A stretch of 64,000 nt of DNA from a virus (taxonomy: Duplodnaviria > Heunggongvirae > Uroviricota > Caudoviricetes), in IMG/VR virus record IMGVR_UViG_3300045988_162656; one strand, written 5' to 3'. Under the pieces are notes generated by a model, which did not search any database, was not told where the DNA came from, and saw only the letters and a program-made list of their open reading frames with translations. Shown here piece by piece: positions 49,134 to 58,515 of this stretch (position 1 is its first letter; each line of letters opens with the position of its first letter). The position numbers and the translations under genes were made by a program.

Positions 49134-50231
49134 AAAATTTAGACGAATAAGCTCTGTTGATAGACGATCTCCCTTGAATTTGTGGTCAATTTCGTCTAAA
49201 TCCGGTTGCTCTACGATTGATGCGATGTACGTTGAGAAACTTTCTAAGGCGTCTCGCATCTCGTCCATATAATCGTGCCGGTCGTAGACCCGATCTATCC
49301 CCTCAAGACTGTGGTTCATTATTTTGCGTGATACCTCCTGGCTTATACCTAATGCTGGGAAGTAACTACGCGCAGTACGACGCAAATCTCGAGGTGTAAA
49401 TGGCGCAAGCTCCATCAGTTCTGGTCGTTCCAGAATACGACGTAATGCCTGGGCTATTGCCACTTTAGACATAGGAAGGTCTTTCCCGATTTTTTTATTC
49501 GAAGGCACGAGCCACTGGCTGTCTTTACCGTATTCGAACAACTCTTCAATGCATGTGCGCATTAATGTGCTTAAAGGCAGCGAATGCTCACGTGCTGACT
49601 TGTTTCTCTTGCCTTGATTCCAAACTCCACGCTTAAGATTGAACTCACTTTTTTTAGCCCTCAGTACTTCGTCAGGTCGTCTTGCTGATACAAGACACAG
49701 CCTGGCCGCCCATTTTGTACCAGCGCACACATTGAAGTAGTCCCATATATTCCAGAACACCCATACCTCTGCGTCGGTCAGCTTCCGCTCGCGAGGTGTG
49801 GGCTTTGCGCCACCGGCAACTTTGTTTAGTGACATATCGTTTAACGGTGACACGTCTATCATCCCCTGGAAGGCGCACCAGCTAAGGAACTGCTTCATCA
49901 GAGAGAAAACGCGGCGGCCCATAACAATTTTGCCATCCAATATTAGAGGGTTGACCAGTTGGTTAACCATGAACCTATTAATGTCACTTACTTTTACATC
50001 AGCAATGTGCGGCAAAACATGTATCAAAATACAATGAACAGCGATCTCTGGCCGACGTCTGGTTATCAGCAGAGATAAGCGAGTGAATAACATGAATGCG
50101 TCCGAGAATATCATGTTATTGTTGATCTGTGAGATCATAATGGCCTGCATTTGAGATGCTCTTTCGAGATACTCAATTGCCTCTTTTGAGGTGTTTTCTG
50201 CTGCGCGTGCTCTGTCAAAGCTATTTTTCAT
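49128..50231 (-). CDS. tyrosine site-specific recombinase / integrase
   Basis: C-terminal catalytic region with TPRDLRRT and HSLEGIDRVYDRHDY motifs. Confidence 0.8.
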   Translation of the reverse strand: MKNSFDRARAAENTSKEAIEYLERASQMQAIMISQINNNMIFSDAFMLFTRLSLLITRRRPEIAVHCILIHVLPHIADVKVSDINRFMVNQLVNPLILDGKIVMGRRVFSLMKQFLSWCAFQGMIDVSPLNDMSLNKVAGGAKPTPRERKLTDAEVWVFWNIWDYFNVCAGTKWAARLCLVSARRPDEVLRAKKSEFNLKRGVWNQGKRNKSAREHSLPLSTLMRTCIEELFEYGKDSQWLVPSNKKIGKDLPMSKVAIAQALRRILERPELMELAPFTPRDLRRTARSYFPALGISQEVSRKIMNHSLEGIDRVYDRHDYMDEMRDALESFSTYIASIVEQPDLDEIDHKFKGDRLSTELIRLNFS

Positions 50232-50438
50232 TTATTGGCATTCACCTAGTTACGCTGATCACCTGTATAAGTAACCAGTATATTAGGCATTGATTCTTTT
50301 GGAATCAAGCTAAAATCTTTCATGCGGAAAATGATTCCATACCTAAAGAGTATGGAATCATTTTTTTCTGTAGAGCTAGTTTTAAATATTTGATTCGATA
50401 TGAAGCCAGGCAATTTCATGCCTGGCTGTTACTTTGTG

Positions 50439-52352
50439 TTAGGTTGGGTTGTTGATGCTAATGGTAAGTGTTTCGATAGCAAGATCATGAGTTTGGTTGT
50501 TTGTTATATCTGTTAAAACAAAAGCCTCATCACCAAGAGCAATATTGTCTTTAACCAGCTTGAATTTACTCCCCGCCTTGCCATCGAGAACGGGAATTAC
50601 AGTTCCTGTGCCTTTCTCATATTGCAACTCAAGAGTGTGCCAATTGTTGTCGTAGTCACCATATGAGTCTATCTGAACATTTCGATTATTGCCTGTCCTG
50701 TGCATCATAATGTTCAACTTGCCTCCAATTGTTTGAAGGAAGAAGTTAGCCAGAAACAGGCTCCCAGTACCGTCGAATGATATATCGTCAGCAACAGGTT
50801 TACTGGTTTTGTAATATATACCAAAGCCAAACTTAGCTTTTTTTGGATCAGGGTTTCCAGATAATTTAAACTTACAAAGTAATTTACCTCCATTCTCAAG
50901 AAGAGTCTGTGCTATGTCAGTAGCTTTACTGATCGTCCAAGTTTCGTTGGAAACCGCTTTAGTTAAAGCAATTGCTTTTCCGTTTTCAACTGACTGAATA
51001 TTTGCACCAGTTACAGTCCATCCTTGTTCAGTAGCGACATCACCACCAGCTCCAGTTAAGGAAATAACCGTTCGCGGGGTTGGAGTTGTGACAATGTTGT
51101 CATTTTTAGGTTGAGTAGGTTGTTCTTGTTTAATAATCTCACCTGTAACGCCATTCACAAAAGCAGATGATTTCGCTGAATGTGCAAGCAGCGCAGTTGC
51201 GAGACGATCAGATATTATTCCGCGTCGCTGCCATGAACCAAAATGACTCTCTCTACTCTCGGAAGTCCATGTTTTATTATCCTTGCGATGACCGGAACCA
51301 TAATAGCCAATAGATGTGATGTCTGGATCATCTGTAGGGCTATTGGTTAATACGTTATTATCATTCTCATCTTTCATGAATGGAACGAAATAAATTGCTT
51401 GTGAGGTTTTTCCCTTATAACCACCATAAACAATTTCGTACTGTTTTGGATATTTGTTTTTCCACCAGTGGGTCGTATCGCCACAAATCCAGGGTACATT
51501 TGCAGCACTTCCGAAAACACATTGTGCGTCGTATTGAGATAGCTCTTTTCTGAAACCTTCGACCATCTTGAGGAACAGTTCGTTATGCTGCGAGTACTTG
51601 CCAGTTGCCAAATCAGCTTCGCCTTGCATCCAGACAACACCAAGAAATACATTCTTTTTGTTTTTACTTAAGGCCGCTTTTGTTCTGGCTACAATATCCT
51701 TATACAAAGGAGTATTTAATCCCCATTTTAAAGATGATTCGATTGCACCTGACTCTTCATAATATTGGCCTTCAGAGCCTGTAACAGTGAAACCAGAACC
51801 ACCTCTTCCGCAAGGAACGAGCAAAATACCTGCGTTTGCTGGAATGAATGGTAATAGTTTTTTGCCAATGTGTAGTCCCTGACCAACACATCCATATTCA
51901 GAGTCGTTTGCTTTTGGATGCTTGAATTTAGTCATGTCTTGTACATCATGAAGACAGTGATCAGCGGGAATTATTTCATTGTACTTACAGGCAAAACCAC
52001 CAGGTTTAATATTGCTGCGTCGAGCTAACTGTTTTACGCGAGGATGTGGCCGATCAAAAGTTTTTGGCATAGGCAGTCCTTCGCCGTATGACATTGAGTT
52101 GGATTGACCTGCGATAGTAACTACATAATAATAGTCAGGCTCTTCATCTTCATTTGATACCGGTGTGGGCAATTGTGATAAATCACCAGATCGCACAATT
52201 GCTTGATTGTACGCATTTGGTCCGCCCTTACTTGGTTCAACAATGTTTGGTGACTCGAAAGGTTGCCAACCCTCTGCGATTTTCTTCGCAAGTTTTTCTC
52301 TAAGCTCTTTGCTTGATGATGCTGACAAAATATCATAGTCAATGAATGACAT
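50439..52352 (-). CDS. SGNH/SASA-family (sialate O-acetylesterase-like) esterase domain protein with C-terminal beta-rich domain
   Basis: GQSN motif (IAGQSNSMSYG) near N-terminus; 637 aa. Confidence 0.55.
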   Translation of the reverse strand: MSFIDYDILSASSSKELREKLAKKIAEGWQPFESPNIVEPSKGGPNAYNQAIVRSGDLSQLPTPVSNEDEEPDYYYVVTIAGQSNSMSYGEGLPMPKTFDRPHPRVKQLARRSNIKPGGFACKYNEIIPADHCLHDVQDMTKFKHPKANDSEYGCVGQGLHIGKKLLPFIPANAGILLVPCGRGGSGFTVTGSEGQYYEESGAIESSLKWGLNTPLYKDIVARTKAALSKNKKNVFLGVVWMQGEADLATGKYSQHNELFLKMVEGFRKELSQYDAQCVFGSAANVPWICGDTTHWWKNKYPKQYEIVYGGYKGKTSQAIYFVPFMKDENDNNVLTNSPTDDPDITSIGYYGSGHRKDNKTWTSESRESHFGSWQRRGIISDRLATALLAHSAKSSAFVNGVTGEIIKQEQPTQPKNDNIVTTPTPRTVISLTGAGGDVATEQGWTVTGANIQSVENGKAIALTKAVSNETWTISKATDIAQTLLENGGKLLCKFKLSGNPDPKKAKFGFGIYYKTSKPVADDISFDGTGSLFLANFFLQTIGGKLNIMMHRTGNNRNVQIDSYGDYDNNWHTLELQYEKGTGTVIPVLDGKAGSKFKLVKDNIALGDEAFVLTDITNNQTHDLAIETLTISINNPT

Positions 52353-52577
52353 AATCGTTACTCCTTTAACGATAAACTTTAGCTAAAATCGATACGATTT
52401 TAGCAGTTAAAAAACGACAATAAAATATAAGAGTAATGTATGAAAGAACAATAAAAATTGCGTAAATGGATATGTGTAAAATATGTGGAATTTCACACAC
52501 AGCGTTGAGCGGTCTGGTTTATGTTAGCGGAGTCTTAATCGAGTTGATTAAAAGGCCAAACCGCTCAACGCTGTGTC

Positions 52578-52664
52578 TGGCGGAGAGTAATGGAATCGAA
52601 CCATCATCGCTTGCGCAATGGGACGGTTTTCAAGACCGCTTGAGCACCATGCTCCCTACTCTCC
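52578..52664 (-). tRNA. tRNA-Ser (anticodon TGA), type II with long variable arm
   Basis: hand-folded: acceptor GGAGAGT/ACTCTCC, anticodon loop CTTGAAA, T-loop TTCGATT, 3' CCA encoded. Confidence 0.8.
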
Positions 52665-52888
52665 GGCCGTTGTGGTGGCCGGTACTGAATCTCCGGCATA
52701 CGGTGCAGCCAATTAGGACTACGGACGATCACCGCTCGCGAAAGGGAAGATTTGCGGCCGCATTTCCCTAACATCCAAGAAAGCTATCGCATTAGTCTGC
52801 GAATCCACCACAACGGTAAGATCACTACCTTTCGACCAGTCATTGTGCACATGAACGACGATTAACCGTAATGATCTTATCGTTGTAT

Positions 52889-52964
52889 TGGTGCCGGTTA
52901 GCGGACTCGAACCGCTGACATCCTGCTTACAAGGCAGGCGCTCTACCAACTGAGCTAAACCGGC
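52889..52964 (-). tRNA. tRNA-Thr (anticodon TGT)
   Basis: acceptor GCCGGTT/AACCGGC, D-arm AGCTCAGTTGGTAGAGC, anticodon loop CTTGTAA, T-loop TTCGAGT, CCA encoded. Confidence 0.85.
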
Positions 52965-52968
52965 AATT

Positions 52969-53055
52969 TGGTGGGGAGTGATGGAGTCGAACCACCCGAG
53001 TTGCAATGACAGTAGATTTACAGTCTACCCAGCTGCCCCTACGGACTAACTCCCC
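52969..53055 (-). tRNA. tRNA-Tyr (anticodon GTA), type II
   Basis: acceptor GGGGAGT/ACTCCCC, anticodon loop ACTGTAAATCT, long variable arm, CCA encoded. Confidence 0.8.
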
Positions 53056-53060
53056 TAAAT

Positions 53061-53135
53061 TGGCGATGGTGGGTGGATTCGAACCACCGACCAGTTGGTT
53101 AACAGCCAACTGCTCTACCGCTGAGCTACACCATC
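53061..53135 (-). tRNA. tRNA-Asn (anticodon GTT)
   Basis: acceptor GATGGTG/CACCATC, anticodon loop CTGTTAA, T-loop TTCGAAT, CCA encoded. Confidence 0.85.
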
Positions 53136-53895
53136 AATTCAGCACTGCCAGTATTTATTACTCAACAGTGCCAATCGCGGCGGTGTTAGTTTCTGCCAGG
53201 AAACGCACCGCTACTTGCACTTTTTCGTTAGTGTCAGACGCTTTCGACTTCTCTCAATAGAAGGCAAAATCTTTAAGTAGATGATGTTTCTGAGGACAGC
53301 ACCTACTTTGTAATTTATACAATGTGATGTATGGAATCATTTGTTGTGGAAAAGTGGTTAAACCTACACAACAATCCTGTCTTCACAACGTTGAGGCCAC
53401 TACTCCGATTGAATGTTTGCCCAACATGTTACATATCAACGCTCGCCGGTATCTCTGTGAATAGAACCTTAGAATTGATAAAAATGTAATGGCCTCAACG
53501 TTGTGTGCTGGCTAACCATACCAGCCGGGCTACGTCGCCGCTTTTTAACCCAGTATAAACGACATAATTGAACAAAATGACGTAACAGAATGGGCGGTCA
53601 GTGGCTAAGAATCCGGGAGTCATATGGAGTTGAAAATATACCGACCGCCCATTCTGTTACTTCATCGGAGGGAACATGAGTGTTCCCTCCTGCGTTCTGC
53701 AATCACACTCGCTCAGTGTGTCCCATTTCGGTAACGAGGCTGGAAACTGACCTCGCTGGTGTTTGGCTTATTAGGCTACTGCCAGATAGACTTCTTCGTT
53801 TGCACTTGTATTTAAGTTCAAACAGTCGCATCTCAACGAAAACAAAGTCATCTTATACACAAAGGATAAGTAAGTAAATACTTATCGATATGTTT

Positions 53896-54186
53896 TTATT
53901 CGGTTGTGACTTTTTTGATCAAGGCCACTCTACGACTAGGTGTTCTTGTGATGGTGGCAGTGAATCGTTTCGCTTGGATAGTAATGGTTTCGTTCTCCTT
54001 AAGTTGCCCGTAGCGAGTTTCCACCAGGGTGCCAAGACGCCACAGACCATCATCGATACGTTTATGACTAGCAAATTTAATCAGCAACAGTTTTACGACT
54101 AACTGACCTACGTAAAAGGCGAATGCGACTCCGACCGCTAAGAAATAGGTGGCCAACCACCAGTCCCAAGAAGTTAAATTGCTCAT
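53896..54186 (-). CDS. small membrane protein
   Basis: 96 aa, one N-terminal TM helix; ATGA-coupled. Confidence 0.35.
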   Translation of the reverse strand: MSNLTSWDWWLATYFLAVGVAFAFYVGQLVVKLLLIKFASHKRIDDGLWRLGTLVETRYGQLKENETITIQAKRFTATITRTPSRRVALIKKVTTE

Positions 54187-54335
54187 TTTCTAACCTTTGT
54201 TTCATGAACTACCCGATACACACGCTTTCCGATGCACAGTGTTTTGGTTTTAAGTTCCTGCTTAATTAAATCACGACAGATGCCGAAGCCGATAAGGAAG
54301 CCACCAATAAAAGCTAATGAGATGTATGGAATCAT
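54183..54335 (-). CDS. small membrane protein (50 aa; below ORF-track cut-off)
   Basis: hand translation MIPYISLAFIGGFLIGFGICRDLIKQELKTKTLCIGKRVYRVVHETKVRK; stop/start overlaps on both sides. Confidence 0.3.
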   Translation of the reverse strand: MIPYISLAFIGGFLIGFGICRDLIKQELKTKTLCIGKRVYRVVHETKVRK

Positions 54336-54547
54336 TTTAACACTCCTGATTCTACTAATTGCTGTAGCAATACTTTCCCTTTATCAGTTAACTGGTAGTT
54401 GGCTGAGCACCACGTTTCCGAAATGTTTGCAACCAACCCTAAACGCTCTAAATTAGCTCGCGTTTTAGGCTTCCAGTACTGAGGGAACTCCGGCCACTTA
54501 CTTATTTCATGAAGCGTTTCTTTCTCCCGTTTACTTAATACGATCAT
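54332..54547 (-). CDS. hypothetical protein
   Basis: 71 aa, coupled downstream of ligase gene. Confidence 0.35.
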   Translation of the reverse strand: MIVLSKREKETLHEISKWPEFPQYWKPKTRANLERLGLVANISETWCSANYQLTDKGKVLLQQLVESGVLK

Positions 54548-55866
54548 TCTTTATCTCCGATTCGATCTTCGGTATCGCGTAAGCAACGCGGCCATTTCAG
54601 TCGTGGGTGGCGTAAGCTGCCATCAGGTGTTTTCTCGTGACAATGAACCTCGACAATACGACCACGGTACTTCTCTTTGTTGTTCCAGATCTCGTCCAGA
54701 TATTTATGCTTAATGCCGCTCGCACGAACGATGACGCCGTTTTCAAGACGAATAACTATTTTTCCAAGCGTGTTGGCAAAACCAGAGTCCGGGTCGCCCG
54801 GCTCAAAATCGATAATTTCACCATCTTCTGAATCTTCGTCTTTTAACTTCCACCAGCTGCGGGTACGTTTAAACTCGTAAACAGAGTTCGGATCTTTGCC
54901 CATCTCCCCTTCTTCGTTATCGTCCAGGCGTTTCATGAAGCGTTCGATGAAGTCTTCGTGGCTATGGATGATATAGAACGGATGCAGGTGAATGTCTTGT
55001 GTGTAGCCTTCACTGCGATCGTTTTTAAACAACGCCACCAGCATAGCCAGGCGCTCTTTCAGCTTCATACCTGTCTTTGCATACTCTTTGGATTTAGCCT
55101 GTGCTCGCCATTCCGGTAGGAAGAAGTCGAAAACATGATAAATAGCGCCAATTGCCTGCACGTTCTTTTTGCGCAATGCAGATACGGACTGGTTAAATGA
55201 ACCGGCAGTTCCTTCACCATCGAAGAAGATGTGTTTGTGGCCTGAAAGTTTGCCTAATTCTAGCATTGCTGGCTTTAGGTGATCGAGAGACGTGATTGGA
55301 TTACCAGTACGAGAAAGGAAGTTAACCTCTTCCTCGTCAACAATAACCTCGCAAATTACTCGCAAACCATCGAGCTTAAGACTGCCAATCATCGGCCATT
55401 TTGCTTTAGGATTTGGCTTGAAGGGGTATTTGTCGCCTTTTTCTTTATACGGTGACGCCAGCTGCACCTCGAATTTCGGAATGGGATTTTCAAAAACCTT
55501 GTTGCATAGGCTAATCCCAACACCTGCTTTCGGGTCTTTTAAGAGGAAACGACGGAACACGTCCTGCCCATCGGCGCACATTGACGCCACGATAGACTCA
55601 ACAGCTGCTATTGCTGCGTTCCCCGTTAGCTCGCGAGAGGCCAGCTTATTCAGTACATCAATGGCTTTTTCGTCACTTGGGATGGACTCACTAAGCGGCT
55701 CTGCCACTTTGTATTTCTTTACCCCAAAACGGATGAAAGGGTTGAGCATCAATGAAACCATGCTTTGCTCGAAGTCATCCATGTTGGCCAATGCCTCTTT
55801 TTTTGCATTGGTTCCCATAGCTTTCATTTCGTCCAGCTTATGCTTAAGTGCGATCAACTTTTTCAT
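54544..55866 (-). CDS. ATP-dependent DNA ligase
   Basis: adenylation motif KLDGLR and OB-fold region; 440 aa. Confidence 0.8.
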   Translation of the reverse strand: MKKLIALKHKLDEMKAMGTNAKKEALANMDDFEQSMVSLMLNPFIRFGVKKYKVAEPLSESIPSDEKAIDVLNKLASRELTGNAAIAAVESIVASMCADGQDVFRRFLLKDPKAGVGISLCNKVFENPIPKFEVQLASPYKEKGDKYPFKPNPKAKWPMIGSLKLDGLRVICEVIVDEEEVNFLSRTGNPITSLDHLKPAMLELGKLSGHKHIFFDGEGTAGSFNQSVSALRKKNVQAIGAIYHVFDFFLPEWRAQAKSKEYAKTGMKLKERLAMLVALFKNDRSEGYTQDIHLHPFYIIHSHEDFIERFMKRLDDNEEGEMGKDPNSVYEFKRTRSWWKLKDEDSEDGEIIDFEPGDPDSGFANTLGKIVIRLENGVIVRASGIKHKYLDEIWNNKEKYRGRIVEVHCHEKTPDGSLRHPRLKWPRCLRDTEDRIGDKE

Positions 55867-56345
55867 TGTTGTTTTACCTCCATATGTTGATCGATTTGCT
55901 CATGTGTTTCTTTTGTTGTTTCTTCAAGCAACGCCGCATACACGTCAGTGATCGCTGTTTGTGATGTGGTGCTCTTCTTAACCATGCTATTAATCGTTAC
56001 ACTGTCACGTTTTCGTTTTAAAGTTCTGGCTTGTTTATTCCGTTCTTCAACCTCCTTAATGAGCGCGGTCATATCTTCGAAATACAGAGATTCTCCTTTA
56101 CGAATCTCTTCAACCATCATTTTTAACGCCTTGCATTTGCCTGCTTTGATAGCGGTTGCGCACGACTGGAATGAAGTTCGAGGAAGACGGTTTTCTTTGA
56201 AGGCAAGAATGGTGTGCTGGCAAACGGAGTAGCTGCAATATGCCGACTCACCGTTTATCTTTACTTCCTCACAACGAAGTGAATAACCATTATTTCCTGA
56301 AATAGAGGGGATTTTTGACAAATCAGCTTTCACAACTACCGCCAT
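55863..56345 (-). CDS. hypothetical protein
   Basis: 160-aa ORF overlapping ligase start by 4 nt. Confidence 0.4.
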   Translation of the reverse strand: MAVVVKADLSKIPSISGNNGYSLRCEEVKINGESAYCSYSVCQHTILAFKENRLPRTSFQSCATAIKAGKCKALKMMVEEIRKGESLYFEDMTALIKEVEERNKQARTLKRKRDSVTINSMVKKSTTSQTAITDVYAALLEETTKETHEQIDQHMEVKQQ

Positions 56346-56400
56346 AAATAATCTTGTACTTACCTATCGTTATTTGCGTAAAAAACGACGCGCGGAGAGA

Positions 56401-57177
56401 TTACCAACTTCCCCAGCTAATCATCTTGCGCTGATTGCTTTCTAAGCGATAGGGGGCAAGAAGCTCTGTGACATGATTGGTGGCGTATGATTTAGCCTCT
56501 TGCTCTATCATCGGTAATTCGTTAGCAATCCTGACCACCTTCCAAGCAAATTCCGCCATTACGCCATCACATGCCTTCCCAGCATCAATAACGATATGCA
56601 CCAGATCCAACTGGCTTTTGCACATGTCGCAAAGAGACGCATACTCACTCTCTCTGATTACATTTACGGCATCATTAGCCCCTTTATTAAGCAAGACTTC
56701 CAACAGATTTTTCGGGGTAACGAAATCTGCTTTCAGAGATAATGTCTTTTCACCACTTATCGAACGCAAGTACTCTTCGTAGTTATTCTTCATCAAACCG
56801 CTGCTGCGCATTGCTAGAACTGCTTCTTGAATGGCCGCTTCAATAGTTTCGTCGTTTGAAAGACAAAAAACGGTATTTGTGTAGATCACTCTGCCATCAA
56901 GCCATGCTCCAACCTGCACTTTAAGACTGAGCGGGTTTTCTTTGCTAATAAAAACAACTAATGCAGAACGTCGTGCACAAGAAGGTTCACCCCATACGTG
57001 TAACTTAACCTTCAGATAAGGTAGCCCCGGTAGCGGGATCTCGACCAAACGAGTGGCGATATGATCCATTGCTGTTTTTACCGCTTTTTCAATGATGTCT
57101 AGTCGATTGCTCTCGCTGATTTCTAAACCAGTTTTATCAATGATGTCGCAGGCTAATTTCTGAATTTCGTCTTTCAT
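56401..57177 (-). CDS. hypothetical protein
   Basis: 258-aa ORF with promoter-like palindrome upstream (57218-57238). Confidence 0.4.
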   Translation of the reverse strand: MKDEIQKLACDIIDKTGLEISESNRLDIIEKAVKTAMDHIATRLVEIPLPGLPYLKVKLHVWGEPSCARRSALVVFISKENPLSLKVQVGAWLDGRVIYTNTVFCLSNDETIEAAIQEAVLAMRSSGLMKNNYEEYLRSISGEKTLSLKADFVTPKNLLEVLLNKGANDAVNVIRESEYASLCDMCKSQLDLVHIVIDAGKACDGVMAEFAWKVVRIANELPMIEQEAKSYATNHVTELLAPYRLESNQRKMISWGSW

Positions 57178-57252
57178 ACCAACTCCTAGCTAACAGATGA
57201 AAGTATTCTCACAGAAAGATAAGTAATCATCTACTTATTTTAAAGGTGATTG

Positions 57253-58506
57253 TTATGATAGAGCCTTAATGCCCAAAACCTTGCTTTGCAACTCCAACTG
57301 TTTGGTATACGGTTTTGCCCGATAATAGGCTTTGATAATTTGTTCTGGCGTTGCACCGCCCGGGTCGAGTCCTTCCTCACCCAAACACGCAACTTTGACA
57401 TTAAGACCGATACTGGTCAGTCGCCTGGCTGCGGCCATCGTGTTGCGTATAGCTTGCTTTTCACTATCCCACATCATGATCACATTACGTAATCCACGCG
57501 CCTTGAGCGTCAGGAACGCGCCCAACTGATCTTCTGCATCCTGAGTGGTGTTGCCAGATAGATGCATCCCGAACGTTCCTATTGGCTCCACGTAATCACG
57601 TAATGTTTCTTCGTCGAAAATAGCTCGTTTGACCCCCATAACATCGAACGCACCCTCACAGACAACTACAGTCTGTTTGCCGACTGCATTATGGCCGTTG
57701 TAGAGAAATTTACCTGAAGCTGGAAGCTGCATAGGAAAGAGGTAGCGGCGTTCTGCTGTACCGGTAATGTCTCGTCCCTGAAATGTCTTCATTACCCCAT
57801 CCAGATCGTAAACCGGTATCAGTATTCGCATATCGAATATCTGCCCTTTTACCTGATCTGTATACGGATCTACATAAGCGTGCTTGCCTTCGACGCAGTA
57901 TCGTAGGTCAAAATACTTTGCCATTTCAGGTGATATGTTTCGTTCAACCAGATAATCTGGAAGACGGCCATCTATAGGAAGCTCGTAATGACGAGGGAGT
58001 GCAACTGGCCCCTCTAACTCGACTGTGCTTGCAAGCACTAGCTCTTCTTTCTTTGGTGCCCACCCCTGGGAAAGAAGAGCGTTCTGCACATATTCCTCGA
58101 ACTGTCGTCGTGATTTACCGCTGTAGTGCTTGAGGAAGACCAGCTTATTGAACTGAATCTCTTCGGGATGATCACCAGCGAAGCATTTGCCGACGCCACT
58201 GGTCAGATTGAAATATACCTTCCAGTTGGAGCTGCCGCATACCGGACACTCCTTGATATTCACTTCACGACCGCGAGTACTCACGCCTCCACGTCGATAA
58301 ACGATACCTTCAGTATCCAACCATTGTTCAAAATCTAATTCGGCAATTAGCTCTTTCAGCTCGCTCACGATAATTCCACTTTTAACAGGCAATATTGTGA
58401 CCAATCTAAATGTTGATATAACATAAAGGCTCATGTGTTTTTCTTTTGTGGTTTGGCAAAAGAAAAGTTGTTTCACCAATGAATCAAGCGTGGAGGTGTT
58501 CTCCAC
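57253..58506 (-). CDS. DNA primase (zinc-ribbon + TOPRIM)
   Basis: CPVCGSSNW...CFAGDHP zinc-binding region and VVVCEGAFDVMG TOPRIM motif. Confidence 0.7.
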   Translation of the reverse strand: MENTSTLDSLVKQLFFCQTTKEKHMSLYVISTFRLVTILPVKSGIIVSELKELIAELDFEQWLDTEGIVYRRGGVSTRGREVNIKECPVCGSSNWKVYFNLTSGVGKCFAGDHPEEIQFNKLVFLKHYSGKSRRQFEEYVQNALLSQGWAPKKEELVLASTVELEGPVALPRHYELPIDGRLPDYLVERNISPEMAKYFDLRYCVEGKHAYVDPYTDQVKGQIFDMRILIPVYDLDGVMKTFQGRDITGTAERRYLFPMQLPASGKFLYNGHNAVGKQTVVVCEGAFDVMGVKRAIFDEETLRDYVEPIGTFGMHLSGNTTQDAEDQLGAFLTLKARGLRNVIMMWDSEKQAIRNTMAAARRLTSIGLNVKVACLGEEGLDPGGATPEQIIKAYYRAKPYTKQLELQSKVLGIKALS

Positions 58507-58515
58507 GCTTATTTT

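Noticed and set aside
49128-50231. Using the integrase to define the attachment site at the mrp junction
   Set aside because: The integrase is ~48 kb from the junction and next to internal tRNAs; it more likely serves a nested module or plasmid multimer resolution.
53680-53877. 65-aa plus-strand ORF upstream of the tRNA cluster
   Set aside because: Lies in hairpin-rich non-coding DNA that likely holds the tRNA promoter; no RBS.
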